NCBI GenBank assembly: GCA_023231475.1
Contig: JALJEE010000553.1
Location: 1-56,207, forward strand
Reading direction: 5' to 3'
DNA: 56,207 nt
From: Seison nebaliae
Lineage: Eukaryota
This document shows positions 25,429 through 37,823 of this stretch, one piece after another. The notes beneath the pieces were generated by a model. The model ran no database searches. It had not been told where the DNA came from and saw nothing but the letters and a program-made list of their open reading frames with translations. How positions within the stretch are numbered: position 1 is the first letter of the stretch; the number at the start of each line of letters is the position of its first letter. The position numbers were made by a program, and so were the translations under genes.

Positions 25429-26847
25429 TCAATTATTATCAGTGTTACTCTGTTCATCTGTCGTTTTATTTTGTTCGTTCGTATTATTCTTTTTAATGTT
25501 CGGTGGTGTCTTTGGCCGAAGGAATTCTATCCGATTCGACGTGCTGATAATTGATGGCATCGTTTTACAGATTTTTTTCGCTGCCGCTTCCGCTGTTGTC
25601 ATCGAATTCTCAGTGAACAAATAGGAGAAATTAAAAGGACAATAATTTGTATATTCGATCGAAGGACCAACACTCACCCATCCATTTCTCAAGTTGTCCA
25701 TTCTCCCGAAAATGTGAAGTCGTTTTCTGCCCAAACAAAATCGCTCAATAATTTCTTGCAATTCTACCGGATGAAACGGTGAGCCAAATGGTGGTTTCTC
25801 CGACAGAATAATATCGACATCAATATTTGCATGAATGAAATTGTCAGCTGCTCGAACAACAGTCCCATGAATTCCCATAAGACAATGTTCCTTCGTTTCG
25901 AAAAAAGGATGTTGAAAATTAGTGGGAGTTGAATTAATTTTGAGATTTTCATTCGATAAATTCGATTGAATCCAAACGATATCTTCACATCGACGATATC
26001 CCCATTTTCTGAGACATGATCGTCCTCTCTCTAAACCTTCCGCGTCTCCACACCAAATAAAAATGAAACTTTTATTTGCAACGATGGAACCGACATCAAG
26101 ATTTTCTATATCATCCCACGACCAATAATCATGAGAATATTTCACTCCATTCCTCAAATAATACTCGTAGAGTGGTGGCTCAATAAGAATAACTTCAAAT
26201 AAATTATCAGTAAGACGAAATTCGATTTTATTATTCGTCAAATCCATCTCCAAATTACAATCTCCTTTATAGTTGTTGTTGTTGATGATTTGATGATTAT
26301 CATTCGCTGACAATTCTTTATAAGCATTTAATGATCGTTGAAGTCCTTCTTTTTCTTTTAATGAACTTTGAATAAATTGAATTGGTATATTCGTATCAAT
26401 TACTTCTTGATTTTTCAAATCTAATAATTCTTTCAATTTCGGATAAGTTTCGAATCGTCGAAGAACTCCTGGATCAGGAATGAAATTTTGTGGATTATCT
26501 CGAGCGTCGACGAAATGTTGAGAATAATCATTTTTCGGTCCTTCTGATAAACAATAATCTTCTAATAAATTCAATTCATTTTCATTCGACATTTTCAATC
26601 CTGTTTCATCATCTACTTGTTCCTTAGCTAATCTCATCATCTTTTCCATTGATTTACTCATTCCATGAAATTGTTTCTCTTTCATTTCCATCAATTCCTC
26701 ATCCATTTCATCTCCATCTTCCTTCTTTATATCGATGTTTCTTTTCGTATTAATATGAAATTTCTGATCGATGTGATCACCATAATCATTCACTCTTTTC
26801 TTCAATTCTGACCATTCGTCAATAACATCTTTGATTTCCTTATTCAT
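25429..26847 (-). CDS. METTL14: m6A methyltransferase non-catalytic subunit METTL14 (intronless)
   Basis: NDYSQHFVD..PQNFI, FETYPKLKELL, degenerate EPPL motif in place of DPPW, WGYRRCEDIVW, KEHCLMGIHGTV, FIHANIDVD, FCLGRKRLHIFGR. Confidence 0.93.
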   Translation of the reverse strand: MNKEIKDVIDEWSELKKRVNDYGDHIDQKFHINTKRNIDIKKEDGDEMDEELMEMKEKQFHGMSKSMEKMMRLAKEQVDDETGLKMSNENELNLLEDYCLSEGPKNDYSQHFVDARDNPQNFIPDPGVLRRFETYPKLKELLDLKNQEVIDTNIPIQFIQSSLKEKEGLQRSLNAYKELSANDNHQIINNNNYKGDCNLEMDLTNNKIEFRLTDNLFEVILIEPPLYEYYLRNGVKYSHDYWSWDDIENLDVGSIVANKSFIFIWCGDAEGLERGRSCLRKWGYRRCEDIVWIQSNLSNENLKINSTPTNFQHPFFETKEHCLMGIHGTVVRAADNFIHANIDVDIILSEKPPFGSPFHPVELQEIIERFCLGRKRLHIFGRMDNLRNGWVSVGPSIEYTNYCPFNFSYLFTENSMTTAEAAAKKICKTMPSIISTSNRIEFLRPKTPPNIKKNNTNEQNKTTDEQSNTDNN

Positions 26848-27171
26848 CTCTACTTAATCGAGCTTTCAATTCAAATTTTCTCTCAAATTTCTCTTTTATT
26901 TGCGAGTCATTAGATAAGAAAAATTTCTGGAATTTTTATTTAGTGCACAAAAAGTGCTCAGATCGATTAAAAGTCAACAAATTGCGAAAGATTTGATATA
27001 GATCATCGGATTAAAATGATTTTGCAGAATTTTATATTTTTATCTTTTCATCTTTCTAAAACAGAAGCTATAAACATTTATCATTCGAAAGGAAAGGATA
27101 AATTTCATGGAATTTTTCATTCTACTCATTTCCATCAAAAACTTTCATCTTTGGAGATCTGCACGTGAATA

Positions 27172-28764
27172 ATGACGACAATGGACGGTGATGATTCTTC
27201 CTCTCACCATCTTCAACAATTCCGCGAGCAATGGCTCAATGAATTGTGTGTGGAGAAAGAGAGTGAAATCCAACAAGAATTCTACAATTCAAATTTAAAT
27301 CAACAAGACAGAACGATCGAAGGAAACGAGAATATTCCACAAACGGAAGGTGATGCACAATTCTATTATATGGAATTCGATCATCTCAATGAAGCGGATG
27401 AGACGACGAGAATTTTAAGGAAAGAAATTGATAATGAGAAAAATGATAAGAAGAAAGCTTGTCTCCTCTACCAATTGGGAGTTCGACTCGAACGACGTCA
27501 TGAATTGAGTGAATCAATTCGTTATTATCGGAAAGCGATTCAACTTTATCCAGACGTGGAATATGAAATGAAAGATTGTTTAATCGATGATGAAAAAAAG
27601 TTTAAAATTTTATTAAAAAAAAAATATTTTTCAAATTTTATTTTCCTAAATTTTTTTTTGATAATTTGAGTTTAATCGAAGAGAAGTCAAATGATGGAAA
27701 TGTGAAAGAACCATCTAACGAAGAAGATGAAGAGGAAGATGAAGAAGAATTACATTTGTATGAAACTTTGATGAATAAAATTGATGAATTAGGAAACGAG
27801 AATAGTGTTTTCTTTCAACTTCCACATCATATTCAAATGATGATTCTGAAGGATTTAGTTGGGAATGTGATGGATTTGAATTCGATTTTAAATTTTATTA
27901 AATGTTCTCGACGATCATGTCTCCTCTCGTTCGACGAGGATTTGTGGAAGAAGATCATGTACTCAAACTGGAGAGGAAGGAAAGATATTTGCAAATTTCT
28001 CTTTTATCGATCGGCGAAAGAATTGCGCTACGTTAAACTTAACGAATTAAGTAAACGACATAGTGTGTGGAAACATTGTTTCGTCACACAACCAAGACTT
28101 CGATTTCGAGGTGTCTATTTCTCAAGGAGTAGTTACATTCGACAACAAACCGATGGTCTTTTGGGAATGGAAAGTCTCACAGAACTAATTAATTATTATC
28201 GAATATTCCGTTTCTTTCCTGATGGATATGTGGTAATGATATTAGCGAATACTCGTCCTAAACAATTAGCATTCCACTTCCAAAACTTATTAGAAACGTA
28301 CGATCTAATCGAGGCAGTAAAAACGAAGGAAATACTTTCAATGAAACGATTGAATGAAATCGAATCATCAATTCCTGGACAACATACGGTGTTCGTCGGT
28401 CAATATCAGTACGAGTTTGATGAGAAGATGGATAGAAAAATATTTATTCAAATGAAATTGTTCAATGCGAATCGAATGGTAGAATATTGTCGAGTGATGG
28501 CGATGAAGAAAAAAAAGAAAAACAATTTGAAATATTTAGATTCATATAATATTCGATTAACGTTTGACAATGAAAAGAAGACCAATCTTCATTGGATTAA
28601 TTACATCATCCAAATGGAGAGACAAATGTTTCAATTCCTTCATTTCTTCTCTAATCATATCTTGTTCTTTTAGGAAAGATCACATCGACTTATCAGGAAC
28701 AAAGTCGCTCTCTTTTGTCCAATGCGAAGATTTCACTCCAAATCTTTTCGCCAACGCCAAATGA
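27172..28764 (+). CDS. FBXO9: F-box only protein 9; exons 27172-27599, 27671-28627, 28674-28764
   Basis: LQQFREQWLNEL, TPR-like KACLLYQLGVRLER..YYRKAIQLYPDVE, F-box (QLPHHIQMMILK), PRLRFRGVYFSRSSYIR, YYRIFRFFPDG. Confidence 0.88.
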
Positions 28765-29261
28765 ATTTACTTCCAATTCTTCTCAATTAGATGTTTAGCT
28801 CAGACACGCACATGCTTACTCTTCCTCAATTCTTTCAAAATTTCCCCGATAATTTTATGAACTTTGTCAACTCCTCAACATTCTCATGAAACATATCTTC
28901 ATTCAAATCTTTTCTTCTTTAAATCATTTCCTTTATATTTTCTCCTAAAAAATTTTCAAAAAATTAATTTTCTTCAATATTTTTTTTGAGTTGCTACATT
29001 CATTTTCAGTCAAAAAACACTTGTTTGAGGAACTACATTAAAAATTTTTATTGATTTTCATCGATAGAGTAATTCATAAATAATTAATTGGAGGAGGATT
29101 GTCCAAGAAAATTTTTCTAATCGTTTATGGAATGTTGTTGACGATGATGTCGATTATCGTAATTAAATTACTTTCTATGTTTTCTTTTTATGATAACAAA
29201 TTCGATTTTATTCTACTGTAACTGCATTTGTCTGTGTGCGGATAGTGTGCGTATGTGTACA

Positions 29262-29283
29262 TGTGTGTGTGTGTATGTGTGTA
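29262..29283. repeat. (TG)n microsatellite upstream of IMPDH
   Basis: TGTGTGTGTGTGTATGTGTGTA visible directly. Confidence 0.7.
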
Positions 29284-29446
29284 TAATTATGTGTGTAGAT
29301 AACGATGAATGTTTTCCAATATAAAGGAGGCAAATGATGATGTTTCTCTTTCCAATTTATCGTCAATAAACATTATCTTGCATTATCACAAAGTGCATCT
29401 CCATATTAAATTTCTTATAAATTCTCTCATTCTTATCCCTCAAGAG

Positions 29447-31359
29447 ATGACACGTAAAATTAAGGAAAACGGTGACGTCGGTGGATCGAACGATCATCGA
29501 GATAGTCTCATCGCAAAAAGCATCGAATCTGATGGATTTACTTCAGCTCAACTTATTAAATCGAATCCTGTCGGAATAACGTATAAGTTCTCGAATTTTT
29601 AAAATTATAATTCTCAATACAATCCGTTATCGACGGTTTTCAGTGATTTCAATATACTTCCCGGATATATCGATTTCTCAGCTGATGAAACGACTCTTTC
29701 AACAAGATTCTCGAAGAACATTCGATTGTCGACTCCTTTCGTCAGTTCGCCCATGGACACTGTCACCGAACATGCAATGGCAATCGGCATGGCAGTTAGT
29801 TGAATTTTCATTGAAATATTTTCATCCACAAAAATTTATTGAATAATTGTAGTTGAATGGTGGATTAGGAATTGTCCATTCAAATTGTTCAATCGATACA
29901 CAAGTGAATGAAATAAGGAAAGTGAAAGTTAATAAATGATGAAGATTAATTTTTGAAAGTTTTATTCGTAGAAATATGAACAAGGATTTATTGTGGATCC
30001 AGTTATCATTAAACCAACGGCAACTGTTGGCGATGTTCTTAAAATTAAACGACAATATGGTTTCTCCGGAATTCCGGTAACGGACACAGGATTAATTTAT
30101 GGAAAATTATTAGTTATTATTTACTTGTTAAATTGAAAATTTAATTGAAATTTAATTAAGGGATTAATCACTTCGAGAGATATCGATTTCATTGATGAAA
30201 GTCGTTGGGATCAATCTATTAGTGATTTTATGACACCAGTCGATGATTTAGTCACTGCTCAACATGGAACTTCATTAGAACATTCCTACAAGATTTTAGC
30301 AACAAATAAAAAAGGAAAATTACCGATCGTGAAAGATGGTCATTTGGTAGCGATTATTGCCAGAACTGACATCAAAAAATCGAAAGATTTCCCTCTTGCC
30401 AGTAAAGACGACAAAGCTCAATTATTATGTGGTGCTGCTGTTGGTACATTGAAATGTGACATGGATCGAGCTGCAGCAATTCATAATGCTGGTGCTGATG
30501 TTATCATTATCGATTCGTCTCAAGGAAATTCTTTGTATCAAGTGGAAATGTTACGTCATTTAAAATCTCGATTTCCTCATTTGGATATCATTTGTGGGAA
30601 TGTTGTCACTCAATCACAAGCCAATAATCTGTTGAGAGAAGGAGCTGATGGTCTTCGAGTAGGAATGGGCTCTGGTTCCATTTGTATCACACAAGAAGTA
30701 ATGGCAGTAGGTCGAGCACAAGGCAGTGCAATTTATCGTGTTTCTGAATTCAGTAGGAAATTCTTCGATGACATTCCAATAGTTGCTGACGGTGGAATCA
30801 GTTGTGTGGGTCATATAACGAAAGCATTAGCTCTTGGTGCCTCCACCACTATGATGGGCAGTTTGTTAGCTGGAACGACGGAATCTCCTGGAGATTATTT
30901 CTTCTCTGATGGATTACGATTAAAGAAATATCGAGGAATGGGCTCAATCGAAGCAATGAAATGTCGAGAAGCCACATCAGCAAATCGATATTTTTCGTTA
31001 GAATTTTATTGATAAACAAAAATTGATAAAATTTTTAAAATTTTAAATAATTTTAGAGAGAAAGCCAAATTAAAAGTAGCACAAGGAGTCACTGGTGCCA
31101 TTCAGGATAAAGGAAGTCTCAATCAATATATTCCTTACTTACATACAGGAGTGCAACATGGTCTCCAAGATATTGGCTGCAGATCAATTGATCAATTACG
31201 GTTAATTCTTAAAAATTTTAAATGAGTCAAAATAATTTTCCATTGTTTTTTAGAAGCGACACATTCAACGGAGTCATACGTTTCGAACAACGAACACCGA
31301 GTGCACAATTAGAGGGGAATGTACACAATCTTCATTCATTCGAGAAACGTCTTTTTTGA
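29447..31359 (+). CDS. IMPDH: Inosine-5'-monophosphate dehydrogenase, 7 exons
   Basis: Spliced [28 protein letters not shown] pair, IIDSSQGNS, catalytic [27 protein letters not shown], and C-terminus [15 protein letters not shown]. Confidence 0.95.
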
Positions 31360-31497
31360 ACTTTTTTTTTTCGACTGATGAAAACGAGCCAGTAAAATAA
31401 TCGATTTGTACAAGAAAGAAATCGTTTATTAAATTTTTATCGAATTCAGTTTTCATCTCTTTTCCAACCGTTTTCCTTTCGACATCAACTCATCTAA

Positions 31498-31531
<34 letters not shown>
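31498..31531. repeat. (TTA)n microsatellite
   Basis: About 10 tandem TTA units. Confidence 0.8.
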
Positions 31532-31532
<1 letters not shown>

Positions 31533-31588
31533 TCAATATAAATTTCAAATTTATTTATATTTTATATTTTAATTATTTTATAATATAA

Positions 31589-31621
31589 ATACACGTCATA
31601 TAAAATTTATATGACGTGTAT
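31589..31621. repeat. Perfect palindrome with 16-bp arms and a 1-nt spacer, carrying two TGACGTG sites
   Basis: ATACACGTCATATAAA-A-TTTATATGACGTGTAT. Confidence 0.9.
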
Positions 31622-32300
31622 CGAATTGATTGGTCGAATGAATCGGCACAATGATATATTCTCCGCGCACTTTTCTACAATCGAATGAATATAAAAGGCA
31701 TTTTTCTATTAGGTTATATTCAGTATTAGAAAATGTATTTGTAAGCGATTTGAAACACCACCCATCCACACAATGGAATAAAGAAAATGATGGGTTGGTT
31801 CCATCATTCTGGTATGGAGATCTTCTCTCATGAGGGAAGTGTTCTCTACAAAGGGAACGACTGGAACTGGTCAGAAAAAGGAATATATCTGACCAATATC
31901 CAGAAGAATAAAAAGAGAAATGGTTAAAAGAATAGAAGGAGAATTGGTGATCGGAAAAAAATAAAGATAAATGGCCATTGACTGGAATGGCCAATTATCT
32001 AAAGGATGAAATTGAAAGTGATCAGAAGAAAAAAGTCAAAAAAATAATTTGTCGGAAAAATTCTATAAATTTATTTTATAATAAAATTAACCTTTTGTTC
32101 ATCTTAAATAGCAATTCTGATAGTTTTGTTCTTTTGAATGGGAAGTCTTATTTGATCACGTGAATTATTTAAAGATTATTATCGTCGGAAGATCATTCCT
32201 CTGTTTGTGTGTACATTGAGAGAGGAAGTGAATAGATTTTTTTGTTTATTCAAAGACGATTAGCCATTTGACTTGAATTTATTTGAATTGTCATTTCCAA

Positions 32301-35300
32301 ATGCATTCGAGACAATGTGCTATCAATCAGGAATGTCACAAATTCCAAAAAAACACGAAATTCTTAAACTTACTATTGAAAGATACAAGACATGCGTATC
32401 CACATATCATCACTTCCTGTTCGTTTACTGCAGGTCCGTTTCATTTTCATGACTATAAATAGACGATATTCATTCCTTTAGAGGAGAGTGAGTGGATTTG
32501 TGTGGAGAATGAAGACGAATTGCATGATATGATAACGAAATGTCCTATACTTTGTGTGTTCGGATCGACATTCAAAAACCGTTTGAAATTCCTTCAACTC
32601 ATCTTTCCACATTTGATGTTGTGCGACAATGAAGTTTGGAATGCTGTCAACAATGAGGATTACAATCCTCCAGCCATTCGAATAGAAGTTTAAATTTATG
32701 GAAAAATATTTGAATCATTAAAATTTGTAGAATTCCAAAAAAAATTCCATTCAGATGGAATCGTATGATTATTATCGGATTCCTGACGTCTATATGTTCT
32801 CCAACGATATGGATCTCGTTGGTTACGTGTACGAAGATCTGGAGAAAAATACTAATGCGAAAGAAAACGAGGAGGATATTGAGAATCGACCGGATGATTC
32901 TTTCCTCTCTATCGAATTATTGAAAAGTGACAGCGACATCATTTCCATTAGGAGGAATGAGAAATGTCTGAGAAATCTTCAAATATTAATTTTCAATGAT
33001 ATTCATCTCGATTCGATTTCAGATACACAGAAAAAGATTTGGAAAGAAATCGAACGAACTGCTTTGCCTATCGTTACTTTCATCACAACGAAAATCGATG
33101 AGAAATCAGGAGCTGAATATATTGAGAAGTTGAGTTTAGTTAATGACACGTTACTCGATCGAAAATATCCGATATTGATCAATAATATCGATGAAGAATC
33201 GATGAAACGATTTGAGGAATGTCTAATCGATAAACGTATCATTAAGTTAAATGAGACTACACCTAACAAATTAGTTGAGTCGTCATCAAATTCTCTAACG
33301 AAAACTAATCAAAAAAGAATTAGCGCATTCAATAGTCGAGCGTGCCAAAGTTTGAGTATGATGGCGGAAAATTTGGAGGCGAGTTATGGACCATATCATT
33401 CTCACGTTTTAACAAGTCATAATCAAAATGAATATGATGATGATGATGATGATGATGAAGAAATAGTGAACGGAAATGAATTGATGGAAAGTGATATTAT
33501 TTCCAATCATTTCGTTAATCGAGAGAGTGAACATTTCTTATGTGAATCTGATAAATTAACCAATATGAAATCATTTTCTAGAAATGATAGTGAATTCAAT
33601 TGTATTAAATGTGGGAAGAATTTGAACACGTCGACGATCGACGTTAACGGAAAAAAAGATGACGATCATTTATTCTTCGTAAGAAGTGCATCGTCATCCA
33701 AATCCACCGAATGTTCTACTGTCAACGAAGATCAACAAACTTCTCCTAGATCAGCTTTTGTAAATTTGGAAACTCCAAATAAGAGCGATGATAAAACGAA
33801 TGATTCCCAAAAGAAAACTTTCGTTATCGACGGTCAAGTTCCGTCCAATAATTCGACAATGAATCAAATTGAACCAATTAATCAATCTTCAACACCATCA
33901 CCACCGAATAAATCAAATAATGGAATGAGAGAGAAAGCCTTTCCGTCATTAAAAAAATCTGATGGTTCTGTGATGGAAATTGAGAAATCGAGAATATTGA
34001 AGAATAAGGCGAGAACATTATTTAATATGGAGGAGAATATTCATATTTTTAACGAGTTTTGTTCTTCTCGTAATTTATTGATGAAATCATTAACGTTTTA
34101 TACGAGACGATGTTTACAACGATATCTCGTTCTGTCCAGTATGATTCTTCATCAGTCCCATACTCGGACATTGTCACTCTTCATTCTCAAATCATTCGAT
34201 CTTACTCGTAATCAATTAACTATTCCTCAAAAGGTTTCTTATATTCGTGAGAATGAGCAACGATTATTCCAGAAATTATTGAAATTCGCGACAGAACATC
34301 GTATTTCGAATAAACATACAAATTCCATCGATGAATCATTAACGAATAGTAACGAATATGTTTATGATCGTATCATTCATACATTATCGTTGATAAAGGA
34401 AGTAGTTTGTGAGAACGCCTTCTATTATCAATTTATTGATGATGTAACAATAATTGATGATTGTGTCAGTAACACAGCCGATTATCAAAAATGTGTGAAA
34501 CAGATAACAGAATTAGTTATCACTAAAATCAATTTAGCTATCGGTCAAAATATCATCGATTCTATCAGTCTCATAAAAAATATTTATGTTAAAACGATTA
34601 TGCATTGTCTTTCACATTTACAACGTTCTCATAACAAGACCACAAGTAAATCGACGTCGTCGACGAATATGGAGAGTATCTCCCCAACCAAATCATCAAA
34701 ACCATCGAACTTTCTCCGAAAAAATTCCACATTCGCCGCTCTCATTTCCATGAATCAACATCAACGAAATTTTTGTAATGTTTGTCGTTTAAGAGAATCC
34801 ATCAATTCAAACAGTAATCATTTCAATTCAACATCACTCAAAGAATCATTATTATTAGGAAATGATGACGATTTATCCGATTCTAATGCCATCGAAGCAT
34901 TCTCTCGAGTTTCTCTTTTTTTTTCGTTTAATTTTCATATTTATTTAGTTATTGAATGCCGCATATGAATTAGAAATTCCCATTTCCACCAGTCGTAGTG
35001 TCATCAAGAATTTATTAGATAATATGAAAAATATTTTTAGTTCATTATCACATTTGCGGAATAAAGATCATAAAATTTATGTTGGAGACGAATGGAGACG
35101 ATCTTATGCTGCTTCCATTTTAGCCGCATTATCCGACACCAAACTCGCCAAATGTGTTTGTAATCAATTCAGTGAGAAATTGAAAATAGCTCATGATCGA
35201 TTCGTGAAGAGTTTGAATGTTCTCGAAACAAATTTGTCGGTCGAATTAGATAAAAGTGAAGAAGCTCACAATCTGACTAGGAAAATGTATGCTCCCATCG

Positions 35301-36499
35301 TTGCTAAATTTGCATTGGAGAGTATCTCTTTCAAAGATCTCGTACTTTATGGAAGTGTAAAAATAGGAAAAGAGATCGGACGTGGACAATACGGTGTCGT
35401 CTATTCCTGTGATCGTTGGGGTCATCATGAAAATTTAGCAGTGAAAAGTATCATCCCTCCAGACGATCGTCATTGGGGAGATTTAGCATTCGAGATCTAT
35501 TATGCGAAGTAGAAAATTATTTTTATTTCAAATTATTCTAATTTTTATTTGAAAAAACAATTTTTATCAGACAAATTCAAAATCATCCAAATGTCATGAC
35601 ACTTTTGGGATCGATAGTCGATTATTCTTATGGAGATAACGTTAATAATAAAGGTAATCGGACATATGGTCGACGTGTGGTGAATGATATGAATCCTGCC
35701 GTTCTTCTCATAATGGAACGAATGAATCGTGATCTTCATAATGCATTGAAACAATCTGTTAATTTTTAAATATTATTTTAAATATTATTAATTATAATAA
35801 TTATTTAATTTCTGTTTATTTTCAAAATTTTCAAGTTCTATTGTGCTGAAAGACGACGACGATCGGAAACACCATCAATTCCATTTATTACACATCGACA
35901 ATTATCCATGTCATCAGGAAACCGTCAGAATAATCATATAAATTATGAATTGAGTTGGAATCAACGTATGTCGATTGCCATTGACGTGGTGGAAGGTCTC
36001 CGTCATATCCATCAATTGGGTCTCATTCATCGAGACATTAAATTGAGGAATGTTCTGGTTCGATTTTTTTCATTTATTCTAAAATATAATTTTTTCAAAT
36101 AATTTCCAGTTGGATGGTGAGAATCGTGCTAAAATTACAGATCTTGGTTTCTGCCGTCCCATATCTATGATAAATTTCAGTATCGTTGGAACACCGATAC
36201 ATATGGCTCCTGAAGTATTTAACGGTCATTATACAACGAAAGTGGACACTTATGCTTTTGGTATTCTTTTCTGGTTCATTTGTGCTAATCAATCAGTGAT
36301 GCCAGTCTGCTTCGATCAATGTGACACGAAAGATCAATTATGGAGTAAAGTAAAGAAAGGACTTCGTCCTAATCGTCTTCCTGATTTCCCTGACGATGCA
36401 TGGAATCTAATGCAGGAATGTTGGGTAGCTAATCCGTTGAAGCGGCCACATCTCGGAGAAATCCGAACAAAAATTGAACAGATGATGAAGAAATCTTAA
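32301..36499 (+). CDS. DSTYK: Dual serine/threonine and tyrosine protein kinase (DSTYK/RIPK5), 7 exons
   Basis: Kinase motifs [70 protein letters not shown] are diagnostic; six frame-preserving introns. Confidence 0.92.
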
Positions 36500-36772
36500 A
36501 TTTTTCGAATTAACTGACATCCATTTTTTTTTGACCAGTCAATTTCCCACTCACACACTTTTTCTTTGATACATGTAATTTGATGAATGAAATTTTAATA
36601 AAGTTTTTTTTTCTCCAATTGATCTTCTTCTAAAAGTAAACACGAACTTATTCTGGAGAGAAGCAAATAAGAAATGTAGAACACGTAAGAATGAACAAAC
36701 ATTGCATTGAATGGAAAGTACGAAGTGAATTTTGAAGGAAATAAAAATTCAGAAAAACATCAGAAAATAAAA

Positions 36773-37619
36773 ATGATGTTGAAATTATCATATTTATATG
36801 TGGAATATTTCTTCATTTCTTCACTTCTAATTCCATTGTCTGTTCAAAATAAAAATGTTTGTTTCTCTCCTCTCATCTCGGCCACCATCTTCTATAACGA
36901 GAATACTCAGATCGCTTCAAACGGATTTTCAGTTACTAAAATTTTGTTTAAAAAAATCAAATTTCTCATTTTCAGTCAGTCAAACTAGCCGCCAATTTCA
37001 CTTCTTCTCAATTTTATCTTTATTTTCCACAAATCGATTTAGTCTATCTCTTTCTCCAGAAACAAGTTAGTTAATTCATCAAATTATCATTACTTCAAAT
37101 CTCCTCTCTTCTAAGAATCTCCTTTTTCAATTTAAACCGTCAACGAAATATTGTGAGAAATCTGATTTACTTCTACCTTCCATCGACAATTGTTTGCCTG
37201 ATCATGCGGAACTTGTAGGAAATTATACGTTAGGTTTCTCTGGAGGACAACCGATGGCCGTACTAGTTGGTAACTCGAAAAATTTTCAGATTTCCTTATG
37301 GAAATTTTCCAAAGCTTTCCCCAACCGAAACGATTCGATGTCACTAACACTCAGTTTATCTCAAATAGACAATTGTCCAATTTTCGGTCTCATAACTTAC
37401 TACAAGAAGAGTTCTTTCAATTTAACTTGTTACTCTTTTCTTTTATTAGTTTTTAATTCAGTTTCTTTAGCTTCTTATTCTGTCAATGGATTCATGACAG
37501 ATGTCCAACCAAAAGTCCTCGATCCTAATCAATTTATGGTTCCAGATTATTGTGTCACCGACAAGAAAAAGACAAACAAAGATGATGGTGTTGATGTTTT
37601 AGAAATTTATGATTTTTAA
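36773..37619 (+). CDS. Ependymin-related (EPDR) secreted/lysosomal protein, 4 exons
   Basis: Hydrophobic N-terminus, then CFSP, YCEKSDL, LPDHAELVGNYTLG, W, NCPI and the C-terminal DPNQFMVPDYC pattern of ependymin-family proteins. Confidence 0.7.
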
Positions 37620-37823
37620 TTAAAAATAAAATTTCGTTTAATCAATCCTCTTAATCCCATAAGCTTAACATTGGAAAGAAAAAAAGAACTTGTTGAGAAA
37701 AACGAAATAATTTTAAGTTTTTTAAGAAAATTTAAAAATTTTCAATTATTTATCTTTGGTTACCATAGCAACCGACAGTTCTTTTCAAATAATCTAAAAC
37801 ATTCCCTCAAACTCTTAGTCGAA

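Noticed and set aside
25352..25432. Apparent 4-nt overlap or frameshift fusion of METTL14 and the zinc-finger ORF
   Set aside because: The overlap arises from a TTG start in the ORF track. That frame has TGA TAA TAA immediately upstream and no slippery site; the ATG at 25351 is more plausible.
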